Part shown: positions 7,931 through 15,629 of the stretch, piece by piece
Layout of the letters: the number at the start of each line of letters is the position of its first letter
How positions within the stretch are numbered: position 1 is the first letter of the stretch
Source: an archaeon
Lineage (GTDB): Archaea; Iainarchaeota; Iainarchaeia; Iainarchaeales; CSSED10-239
Length of the DNA: 19,014 nucleotides
NCBI GenBank assembly: GCA_035390665.1
Contig: DAOOUC010000012.1
Span: forward strand, 1-19,014
Direction of reading: 5' to 3'
Translations under genes and position numbers: made by a program
Notes under the pieces: model-generated
The model's input: the letters and a program-made list of their open reading frames with translations, nothing else
Database searches by the model: none
What the model was told of the DNA's origin: nothing

Positions 7931-10771
7931 TTATTTCTTTTCTAATAACTTTTTTAAAAACTCACCAGTATAACTTTTCTTTACCTTTGTGATTTCTTCA
8001 GGTGTTCCTTTGGCAATTATTTCTCCACCTTTTTCTCCACCTTCTGGTCCAAGGTCAATGATATAGTCTGCTGACTTTATGACATCAAGGTTGTGTTCAA
8101 TAACAACAACTGTGTTTCCTTTTTCTACAAGTCTGTTTAAAACATCAATAAGTTTTTTAACATCATGGAAATGAAGACCTGTTGTTGGCTCATCGAGAAG
8201 ATAGATGGTGTTACCTGTATCTCTTTTGGAAAGTTCTTTTGTTAATTTGATTCTTTGAGCTTCTCCACCCGAAAGAGTAACTGAACTTTGCCCAAGCTTA
8301 ATGTAACCAAGACCAACATCTACCAAGGTCTGTAACTTTCTTTTAATATTTGGATGATTTTCAAAGAAAAGATAAGCTTCATCAACAGACATGTTTAAGA
8401 CATCAGCAATGTTTTTTTTCTTGTATAAGATTTCAAGAGTCTCTGCATTATATCTTTTTCCTTTACATTCTTCACAGTCAACATAGATATCAGGCAAAAA
8501 ATTCATTTCAATCTTAATCTGTCCATCACCTTGACAGGCTTCACATCTTCCACCTTTAACATTAAAAGAAAATCTTCCAATATCATATCCTCTAAGTTTT
8601 GCATCATTAGTCATTGCAAACATTGTTCTGATATCATCAAATAACTTAGTGTATGTTGAGGGGTTTGATCGAGGAGTTCTTCCAATTGGCGATTGATCAA
8701 TAGAAATTACTTTGTCAATAGATTTTGGAACAATTATTTCTTTTACTTTACCAATATCCATTTTTGATTCATAAAATTTAGTCATCAAGTATGGATAGAG
8801 TGTTTCATAAACTAGAGAAGACTTCCCTGAACCAGAAACACCAGTAACACAAGTAAAAACTCCTGTTGGAATCTCTAAATTAATATTTTTAAGATTATTT
8901 TCTTGTGCTCCAAGAATTTTAACAAAATCTTTAGGTTGTCTTCTAATCTTTGGTGTGTGAATAAATTCTGTTCCTGCAAGATATTGACCTGTTAAAGACT
9001 TTTTATTTTTTTCAATTTCTGTAGGAGTGCCACAAGCAACAACTTCTCCACCATAGATTCCGGCCCCTGGGCCCATGTCAATAACATAGTCTGCTTGTCT
9101 TATGGTATCTTCATCATGTTCAACGACAACAACAGAATTACCAAGATCTCTTAATTTACAAAGAGTATCAATTAATTTTTGATTATCTCTTTGATGTAAA
9201 CCAATAGATGGTTCATCAAGAACATACAAGACCCCGGTTAAATTTGTTCCTAAATTTGTGGCTAACCGAATTCTTTGTGCTTCTCCTCCTGAAAGAGAGC
9301 CAGAAGCTCTTGAAAGTGTTAAATAACCAAGACCAACTTTTTCTAAAAACTCTAAACGAGAATTAATTTCTTTAAGAACATGTGCTGAAATTTCTTTTTG
9401 TTTATCATCAAGTTTTATTTTTTTAAAAAATTCACGGGCATTGGAGATTGAAAAATCAGATATGTCAATAATAGATTTATCACCAATCTTTACAGCTAAA
9501 ATTTTCCTTTTAAGCCTTTTACCAAGACAAGCAGGACAAGGAGAAGTTTTCATATACTTTTCCATATCTTGTCTTCTATAATCAGATTCTGTTTGTTTGT
9601 AAAGACGTTGAGATTGAGGAATTAATCCTTCCCAAGTACCTGTGTAATTAAAAGATGAAGTTCCATTTTTTCCTTCAAGATTAAAGGCAATATTGTCTTT
9701 TGAGCCATACATAATAATATTATATTGTTCTTTTGTTAAATCTTGAATTGGAGTCAAAGCTGAAAAACCATAATGTTTTGCTATTGTTGCTAGATGTTGT
9801 CCACGCCAACCATCCACTGCATTTCTATAAATCATTATTGCTCCGTCAGCAATTGACTTAGTTTTATCTGGAATTATTAAATCAGGATCAAAATCCATCT
9901 TAAAACCTAAACCAGAACACTCTTCACAAGCACCAAAAGGAGAATTAAAAGAAAACATTCTAGGCTGTAGTTCTTCAAAGGAAAGACCACAAACAGGACA
10001 AGACATCTTAGAAGAAAAAAGTTTTTCTTTTGCTTTGTCTTTGTTTTTTTCAAAATCTTTAACAGTTATTACTCTTAATAATCCATCTGATTTGTTTAGG
10101 CCTTGCTCTATGTCTTGATAAAGTCTTGTTCTGTCGTCACTTGGTATTATTCTATCAATAACAATATCAATATCATGCATTCTATATCTATCAATCTTTA
10201 TTTCTTCATCTGTCCTTGCAATTTCTCCGTTTATTCTTACTCTTAAGAAACCTTCTTTGTTTAGATCTGAGAATAATTTTTCATAAGTACCTTTTTTCTT
10301 TTGAACAATTGGAGAAAGAATGAAAATTTCGTCAGAGTATTCCTTTAAAATATTCTCTGTTATCTTTTGAGCAGATAAAGGTTGTATAGGGATATTGTGA
10401 TCAGGACAATAAGGAATTCCAATTCTTGCATAAAGCAAACGAAGATAATCATAAATCTCAGTAACTGTACCAACAGTTGAGCGAGGGTTCTTAGAAGTAC
10501 TCTTTTGTTCTATTGCAATTGCTGGAGACAACCCTTCTATAGAATCCACATCAGGTTTTTTCATAACCCCTAAGAACTGTCTAGCATAGGCAGATAAAGA
10601 CTCCATATATCTTCTTTGTCCGTCAGCATAGATGGTATCAAAAGCTAAAGTTGACTTTCCAGAACCTGATAGTCCAGTAATCACTACAAGCTGATCTCTA
10701 GGTATCTCTACATCAATGTTTTTTAGATTGTGCTCTCTGGCACCCTTTATTATAATACTTTTATAAGCCAT
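7931..10771 (-). CDS. uvrA: Excinuclease ABC subunit A
   Basis: 'REHNLKNIDVEIPRDQLVVITGLSGSGKSTLAFDTIYADGQRRY', 'CPVCGLSFEELQPRMFSFNSPFGACEECSGLG', 'LSGGEAQRIRLA', 'GGRCEACQGDGQIKIEMNFLPDIYVDCEECKGKRYN'. Full length at 946 aa. Confidence 0.98.
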   Translation of the reverse strand: MAYKSIIIKGAREHNLKNIDVEIPRDQLVVITGLSGSGKSTLAFDTIYADGQRRYMESLSAYARQFLGVMKKPDVDSIEGLSPAIAIEQKSTSKNPRSTVGTVTEIYDYLRLLYARIGIPYCPDHNIPIQPLSAQKITENILKEYSDEIFILSPIVQKKKGTYEKLFSDLNKEGFLRVRINGEIARTDEEIKIDRYRMHDIDIVIDRIIPSDDRTRLYQDIEQGLNKSDGLLRVITVKDFEKNKDKAKEKLFSSKMSCPVCGLSFEELQPRMFSFNSPFGACEECSGLGFKMDFDPDLIIPDKTKSIADGAIMIYRNAVDGWRGQHLATIAKHYGFSALTPIQDLTKEQYNIIMYGSKDNIAFNLEGKNGTSSFNYTGTWEGLIPQSQRLYKQTESDYRRQDMEKYMKTSPCPACLGKRLKRKILAVKIGDKSIIDISDFSISNAREFFKKIKLDDKQKEISAHVLKEINSRLEFLEKVGLGYLTLSRASGSLSGGEAQRIRLATNLGTNLTGVLYVLDEPSIGLHQRDNQKLIDTLCKLRDLGNSVVVVEHDEDTIRQADYVIDMGPGAGIYGGEVVACGTPTEIEKNKKSLTGQYLAGTEFIHTPKIRRQPKDFVKILGAQENNLKNINLEIPTGVFTCVTGVSGSGKSSLVYETLYPYLMTKFYESKMDIGKVKEIIVPKSIDKVISIDQSPIGRTPRSNPSTYTKLFDDIRTMFAMTNDAKLRGYDIGRFSFNVKGGRCEACQGDGQIKIEMNFLPDIYVDCEECKGKRYNAETLEILYKKKNIADVLNMSVDEAYLFFENHPNIKRKLQTLVDVGLGYIKLGQSSVTLSGGEAQRIKLTKELSKRDTGNTIYLLDEPTTGLHFHDVKKLIDVLNRLVEKGNTVVVIEHNLDVIKSADYIIDLGPEGGEKGGEIIAKGTPEEITKVKKSYTGEFLKKLLEKK

Positions 10772-10857
10772 AGTAGGTCTTGTTTAATTTTTTAAAAAAT
10801 ATAAAGTTAGAATATATAATTAAATAATAAAGATGTTTTAAAGGTAATCCTTTGAAG

Positions 10858-10881
10858 CATTTTCCTGACGTCAAGAAAATG
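10858..10881. promoter_or_regulatory. 24-bp near-perfect palindrome CATTTTCCTGACGTCAAGAAAATG (one mismatched pair)
   Basis: Lies between the end of the dinD operon and uvrA, in the uvrA 5' region. Shares its core and arms with the 11759-11786 palindrome. Confidence 0.5.
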
Positions 10882-10883
10882 GT

Positions 10884-11129
10884 TTATTTAGCTTTGTGTT
10901 TCTTCAAAGATTCACCTACTGGTATTGAATTTATTATTTTTTGGTTCTTAATAAAAACCAATAATTTTTGCAATACCTCATTTAATTTTTCCTTATATTC
11001 AATTAATTCTTTTTCAACTAGAAGCTGTCGTCTTTCAAGGTGTTCTAACCGTTTTAGAATAATTTGTTCGTCGACGTTGAATATTCCGTCTGGAGCAGTT
11101 TCTATTTCTTTTACAACTTTTTTTTTCAT
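10884..11129 (-). CDS. Small hypothetical coiled-coil protein (81 aa), co-directional with dinD
   Basis: Starts 19 nt after the dinD stop. Charged, heptad-like sequence 'LEHLERRQLLVEKELIEYKEKLNEVLQKLLVFI'. No named family recognised. Confidence 0.55.
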   Translation of the reverse strand: MKKKVVKEIETAPDGIFNVDEQIILKRLEHLERRQLLVEKELIEYKEKLNEVLQKLLVFIKNQKIINSIPVGESLKKHKAK

Positions 11130-11148
11130 ATTTTATTCCTCCGTTTTT

Positions 11149-11973
11149 TTATTTACCTATTAATTTTTTATCTTCAGAGTTAATTTTTCTTTCAAGTTTT
11201 TTGATATCTTCTGCTGGTGGCAAATTTTCTGGCTTAATTCCGCTTTTACCAAGAACTTCTCTAACATCTTTGTTATTTTTCACGTGTTCGTATGTGATTT
11301 TAGGTTCTCCGTGAAGATCTTCTTTTTTAACATTAAAGTTTGTTATTTCAGTTGCTAGGTCTTTAGCTTTAATTGTAATTGTGGGTAAAAACTCAGCTAA
11401 TGGTCTGTTAGCTGGAACATTAAGCTTTTGTTTCATATCTTGAGTATTGTAACCACCAAATAAAGCCCAATCGCCTTTGCTTCTTATTCTTGCAAAGCCA
11501 TCTCTATCAACTCCTCTTTCATATATTAGTTTAGATAATTCAGTTTCTGTTTCTGTAAGTTTATTCCTTGCAACTATTCTTTCAATCAATTCTAATCTTT
11601 GTTCAACAAGTTCTTGTTTTCTAGTTTGTAATGCAAAATAGCTTTGAGCAAAAGCAATTACTTCCTTTCTTGGATCTCCGTTTTGAGCAATTAAGTAACA
11701 AGCATATCTTGTAAGTAAAATATCATCAATTCCTCTAGTTCCCCCTTTCCCTAAACCTATCATTTTGTTGACGTCAACAAAATGATCCGATATGCTTTGT
11801 TTAGCGTTTTTACAGGACTCTTTTGCTTTATCAATTACTTGATTAAAGTTTCTCCATTCGTTATAATCCAGAAGTTTTTGTAAATCTCTTGCATACCAAT
11901 ATTCCACCTCTTTCTCTTTATGAACATAGTCTTCAAAAGACTTTTGTAGTTTTCCAATAATTAGTTTATCCAT
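11149..11973 (-). CDS. dinD: DNA damage-inducible protein D-like (BRO-N type N-terminus)
   Basis: '[31 protein letters not shown]', '[60 protein letters not shown]' and '[21 protein letters not shown]' match the DinD family. 274 aa. Confidence 0.88.
   Translation of the reverse strand: MDKLIIGKLQKSFEDYVHKEKEVEYWYARDLQKLLDYNEWRNFNQVIDKAKESCKNAKQSISDHFVDVNKMIGLGKGGTRGIDDILLTRYACYLIAQNGDPRKEVIAFAQSYFALQTRKQELVEQRLELIERIVARNKLTETETELSKLIYERGVDRDGFARIRSKGDWALFGGYNTQDMKQKLNVPANRPLAEFLPTITIKAKDLATEITNFNVKKEDLHGEPKITYEHVKNNKDVREVLGKSGIKPENLPPAEDIKKLERKINSEDKKLIGK
11759..11786. repeat. 28-bp perfect palindrome ATCATTTTGTTGACGTCAACAAAATGAT inside dinD
   Basis: Read directly: 14-bp arms meeting at 11772/11773. 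Confidence 0.6.
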
Positions 11974-12005
11974 ATTCTAATCACCAATAATATATTGTAG
12001 TACAA

Positions 12006-12110
12006 GCGGGGGTTGTTTTCGGGGGGGTAGCTGTCCAGTGGAACCCCTTTAAAAAAGGTGTTGCGATCCCAAAACGAACTATGCTGGTTGCGCTCAGGCT
12101 CGCGCGCAAT
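12006..12110. other. Locally GC-rich intergenic segment with hairpin potential
   Basis: About 55% G+C by hand count in an AT-rich region. G7 run at 12021-12027, stem 12024-12028/12043-12047, stem TTGCGC/GCGCAA at 12088-12093/12104-12109. Confidence 0.4.
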
Positions 12111-12139
12111 ATTTCTTTGTTGTTTTTTTGAGAATTAGG

Positions 12140-12149
12140 TATATAAAAA
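12140..12149 (+). promoter_or_regulatory. Archaeal TATA-like box TATATAAAAA
   Basis: Located about 55-60 bp upstream of ATG 12203. Confidence 0.4.
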
Positions 12150-12202
12150 TTTCAATTTTACAAAATACTATTTTTTAAATTCTTTTATTTCTAGTTAATT
12201 AT

Positions 12203-13003
12203 ATGGTTGAATTAAAATTTAAAATTGATAAAGAAGACGATATTAATATCTGGTTAAAATTTCTAAATAATTCAAATAAAGCAAATAGTTTTGGTAGAGA
12301 TAGACTATCTAATCTTCCTAAGGATTTTCTAGATAAAGTTATAGATAAACCAGAATCTGAACAAAGAGAAATAATTTCTAATTATATAGAGCAATACTAT
12401 ACAGAAAAACACTTAATCAAATTTAAAGTAGAATCTTTTAATAAAGTTAAAGAAAATCTAGACAAGATAATAGAAAGGCTTGAGAAGCTACATAACAGAA
12501 AACTACCAGTAAATAAAATTATAGTAAAGTATGAAACCTTTACTTGTTGTCCCTATATGTGGAGAGGGAAAGAATCAGATTGGTTTGGTTTATATTTTGC
12601 AACATATGTTTTAGATCAAGATAGTCAGATTCTAGTTTTTTGTCATGAAGTAATGCATCTTTTTTTCCATTATTATTACTTTGATTATTGTTTAGAGAAA
12701 GGATTAAATGAAAAACAAACAATGGATCTAAAAGAAGCAGTAACAGTTCTTCTCAACTATGAATTAACAGACATTATAGACAAGAAGGATTATGGTCATC
12801 CAAGTCATAAGCAACTTAGAATTCAACTTGTAGAAATCTGGAACTCTATGGAAGAAAAAGATTTTCAATTGCTTTTAGATAAAGCAATAGATAATATGAA
12901 AGGAAAAGATAATTCTAATCAAGATAAAGATTCGCCATCAAGAAAACCAGAGAAAATAATTAAATGTTTACCAACAAAAGAAGAACTAAAGAGATTAATT
13001 TAG
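12203..13003 (+). CDS. Uncharacterised protein with HExxH motif (putative zinc metallopeptidase-like)
   Basis: 'ILVFCHEVMHLFFHYYYFDYCLE' has an HEVMH motif (12644-12658) in a hydrophobic helix. 266 aa. Confidence 0.6.
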   Translation: MVELKFKIDKEDDINIWLKFLNNSNKANSFGRDRLSNLPKDFLDKVIDKPESEQREIISNYIEQYYTEKHLIKFKVESFNKVKENLDKIIERLEKLHNRKLPVNKIIVKYETFTCCPYMWRGKESDWFGLYFATYVLDQDSQILVFCHEVMHLFFHYYYFDYCLEKGLNEKQTMDLKEAVTVLLNYELTDIIDKKDYGHPSHKQLRIQLVEIWNSMEEKDFQLLLDKAIDNMKGKDNSNQDKDSPSRKPEKIIKCLPTKEELKRLI

Positions 13004-13500
13004 TTTTTTTTCTTTAATTCTTTTGCAAGTTTCTCAATCTTTTTCAAGTCTGCCTGTGGTCCATCGTTTGACATTAGGTAGCCAGGATAACTCTTGAAGA
13101 AATCTTCTCTTCCACTTGGGCATTGCTTCCATTTACCTTTTCCTTTAAGGTAAGGGGTATCGTGCATTGGAATTAACTTGATATGTGCATGATTAATACC
13201 TGTTCCTTCCATAATTAATCCCACACGACCAACATTAGGATAATGTTTAAGAAGAATCTTAGATACTTTCTTACTTCTAAGAATAAACTTTTCTAAAAAC
13301 TTATCAGGTAAACTAAGAACATCACTACTATAATGTTTCTTAGGAATAACTACAGTAAATCCTTCAGTGTTTGGATAGATGGAAAGAAAAGCCATAAACT
13401 CCTTATCCTCCCAGAAAATTCCAGGAGTGTGAAAGTTACCTTTAGCTATTTCACAAAAAACACATTTCCCTTTTTCAGTTGTTGATTTATAGTTTGCCAT
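13000..13500 (-). CDS. HIT family protein with non-canonical triad HAHIK
   Basis: 'GKCVFCEIAKG', 'FTVVIPKKHY' and 'GINHAHIKLIPMHD'. ATG 13500 is a more plausible start than 13620, because the longer version would overlap the upstream methyltransferase gene. Confidence 0.85.
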   Translation of the reverse strand: MANYKSTTEKGKCVFCEIAKGNFHTPGIFWEDKEFMAFLSIYPNTEGFTVVIPKKHYSSDVLSLPDKFLEKFILRSKKVSKILLKHYPNVGRVGLIMEGTGINHAHIKLIPMHDTPYLKGKGKWKQCPSGREDFFKSYPGYLMSNDGPQADLKKIEKLAKELKKKN

Positions 13501-13513
13501 ATTTTTTTCACAT

Positions 13514-14275
13514 TTATTTTTTCCTACAAACATAAATTGTCCAAAGAGGATATTTAGAATGATGCGCATACTTTTCAGGATATCTATTCTTAAAACTTTT
13601 AATTGGATAACAATCAACAAGATCTATTAATTCAAGATGGTTTTTAATCAATGCTCTTAAATGAATATGAATTGGATACCAGTAACATTTAATATTCATT
13701 CCAGGAAGCCATTCAACATTTTCTAATCTCCCATTTTGACCAAGAAATATTGTTTTATTTCTTTTTTTATCAATAAATTTACCTACCCCTCTTATCTTAT
13801 AATTATTATCCTCATAGTCTTCTCTAACACAAGCAACAGGACTATTGTAAGAATAATAAAGTATTCCGCCTTTCTTTAAGATTCTATTTATTTCTTTATA
13901 TGCAAGATTTAGATCCGCAATATAATCAAGAATAAGAGAACAAGTAACAACATCAAAGGAATTAGATTTATATGGAAGCTTAGTAACTGTTCCTACTTTA
14001 AACTCTACTTTTGGATTATTCTTCTTAGCCATTTCTATCATAGTTTCGCTAATGTCTATACCTGAACATTTTGCACCTTTCTTAGAATAAGCTTTAATAT
14101 GTATGCCAGCACCACAACCAATATCAAGAAGATTTTTTCCTTTTATATTTTTAACAGCCTTTAACATATTTGGGATTTCAACATACTCGTTGTAATATCT
14201 TTTCTTTTGATATTCTTCTCCAAAGTTATTATACATTTTTTTAGTATTTTCTTCTAAATTAATTTTTTTAACCAT
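13514..14275 (-). CDS. Class I SAM-dependent methyltransferase
   Basis: 'NLLDIGCGAGIHIKAYSKKGAKCSGIDISETMIEMAKK', 'FDVVTCSLILDYI', 'INRILKKGGILYYSY'. Confidence 0.88.
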   Translation of the reverse strand: MVKKINLEENTKKMYNNFGEEYQKKRYYNEYVEIPNMLKAVKNIKGKNLLDIGCGAGIHIKAYSKKGAKCSGIDISETMIEMAKKNNPKVEFKVGTVTKLPYKSNSFDVVTCSLILDYIADLNLAYKEINRILKKGGILYYSYNSPVACVREDYEDNNYKIRGVGKFIDKKRNKTIFLGQNGRLENVEWLPGMNIKCYWYPIHIHLRALIKNHLELIDLVDCYPIKSFKNRYPEKYAHHSKYPLWTIYVCRKK

Positions 14276-14321
14276 AAATAATAATTACATAGATAGATTT
14301 TAAATATTGTGTATCTAATAT

Positions 14322-14329
14322 TATATATA
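14322..14329 (+). promoter_or_regulatory. TATA-like element TATATATA upstream of the Nudix/P-loop operon
   Basis: 'aatattatatataact', about 27 bp before ATG 14349. This spacing suggests a leaderless transcript. Confidence 0.35.
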
Positions 14330-14348
14330 ACTGAAAGGATTAAATTTT

Positions 14349-15629
14349 ATGACAATTGAATCTTGTGCAGATGTTATTTCTCTTTATAATGGTAAACTTG
14401 TTCTTGTCAATAGACTGAAAATTCCAAAAGGACTAGCAATTCCTGGTGGAAGACTTGAAGTGAATGAAAGCTTAGAGGATTGTGCTCTAAGAGAGTTTAG
14501 AGAAGAAACAGGTCTTAATCTTAAAATACATAAACAACTAGGAACTTATTCTAATCCAAGCAGAGACCCAAGAGGGCAAAAGGTTTCTACTACTTTTATT
14601 GGAGAAGCTTTTGGAAAGATTAAGAATGAAAAAGATAAGACTAAAGTAATATTACTTAAACTAGAAGAAATTGAAAAAAACAAAAAGTTTTTTGTTTTTG
14701 ATCATTATCAGATTATTCAGGATTTTCTTAAATCAGAAGGAATTGTTTTACTAAAGGAAGATAAAAAAGCAAAAACAATATTTAGTTTTTCAATAAATAA
14801 TAATTTCTTTGGAAAAGTAGTTAGTGATAAGAAATTAAACTTTGGTAATAAAGAAAGACTACTATTAGATGCATATGTTCCAGGTATTAAAATAATTTCA
14901 AATATTAAGAACTATGATTTGATAATAAAACACAAAGAATCTAATACTCAAAAACTAATTGTAAATCCAGGAAATATTGAAATCTATGGAGATTGGAAAG
15001 GAAAGATTTCTTTAGATCTATATCATTTAATCTATGGTGTTTCTAGAAAACATTACTTGGAAAATAATCTTTATTCTGTGCATTCTGCTTGTGCAGGTAT
15101 TAATAAAAATCTAAAATTAATTGTGGGCCACACAGGTTGTGGTAAAACCACAGTTCTACTTGAATTAATAAAGAAAAAATATAAGATGGTTTCTGGAAAT
15201 AAAACAATTGTGAGTATAGATAACGATAAGATGTGTGCAATCTCAGGAACAAAAACAATAACCACACTAATAAGCACAAATTTAAATAATGCAATAAAAT
15301 ATGCAGATAGAACTGCATTTCAATTAAAGAAAAATCAATATCTTAATTCTGGAGAAGTAAAATCCATATTTGTTATTAATATTAACAATTATAATCACAT
15401 AGAAAAATTATCAAAGCCTAGTGCTTTATACAGAATATATCCTTATTTTTTAGATACTGTTAATGCAGACACTATCTATGGTGAAACTCTAATAGATGGA
15501 ACAGTAACTAATAAAATAAAAGAAACATTAGTTAAGAAATTAAAAAAAGCATTAACAAAAATTAATGTTTACTTGATATCAGGATCAATAGAATATATAA
15601 CTAATAAGATTATAGAGTTGAAAAAATGA
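14349..15629 (+). CDS. Fusion protein: N-terminal Nudix hydrolase domain plus C-terminal HPr kinase-like P-loop domain
   Basis: Complete Nudix box 'GRLEVNESLEDCALREFREETGL' (14448-14516). Downstream 'SVHSACAGINKNLKLIVGHTGCGKTTVLLELI' has Walker A (15126-15149) in an HprK-like context. Confidence 0.8.
   Translation: MTIESCADVISLYNGKLVLVNRLKIPKGLAIPGGRLEVNESLEDCALREFREETGLNLKIHKQLGTYSNPSRDPRGQKVSTTFIGEAFGKIKNEKDKTKVILLKLEEIEKNKKFFVFDHYQIIQDFLKSEGIVLLKEDKKAKTIFSFSINNNFFGKVVSDKKLNFGNKERLLLDAYVPGIKIISNIKNYDLIIKHKESNTQKLIVNPGNIEIYGDWKGKISLDLYHLIYGVSRKHYLENNLYSVHSACAGINKNLKLIVGHTGCGKTTVLLELIKKKYKMVSGNKTIVSIDNDKMCAISGTKTITTLISTNLNNAIKYADRTAFQLKKNQYLNSGEVKSIFVININNYNHIEKLSKPSALYRIYPYFLDTVNADTIYGETLIDGTVTNKIKETLVKKLKKALTKINVYLISGSIEYITNKIIELKK

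Noticed and set aside
10971-11020. Inverted repeat TTGGTT…AACCAA around 10940-10980 and similar AT-rich short inverted repeats
   Set aside because: Short arms in AT-rich coding DNA are expected by chance, and no conserved context is visible.
11061-11083. Possible third copy of the palindrome (aatttgttcgtcgacgttgaata) within the 81-aa ORF
   Set aside because: Only the inner CGTCGACG is symmetric. The arms do not pair and the core differs from TGACGTCA, so it is not a convincing third site.
10852-11163. 103-aa + strand ORF (MKHFPDVKKMVYLALCFFKDSP...)
   Set aside because: Antisense to the 81-aa coiled-coil ORF and overlaps dinD. Its composition looks like the reverse complement of AT-rich coding DNA. 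The minus-strand ORF fits the operon better.
12006-12110. tRNA or rRNA fragment in the GC-rich patch
   Set aside because: Checked both strands for T-arm GTTCRANY, a 7-bp acceptor stem and rRNA-like signatures. Nothing convincing was found by eye, so it is left unassigned.
13501-13620. Extended N-terminus of the HIT ORF (start at 13620)
   Set aside because: The extra segment would overlap the upstream methyltransferase gene (ending at 13514) and lacks HIT features. ATG 13500 is preferred.
15071-15318. Overlapping minus-strand ORFs (68 and 72 aa) within the Nudix/P-loop gene
   Set aside because: Shadow ORFs antisense to the Walker A region, with no motifs.
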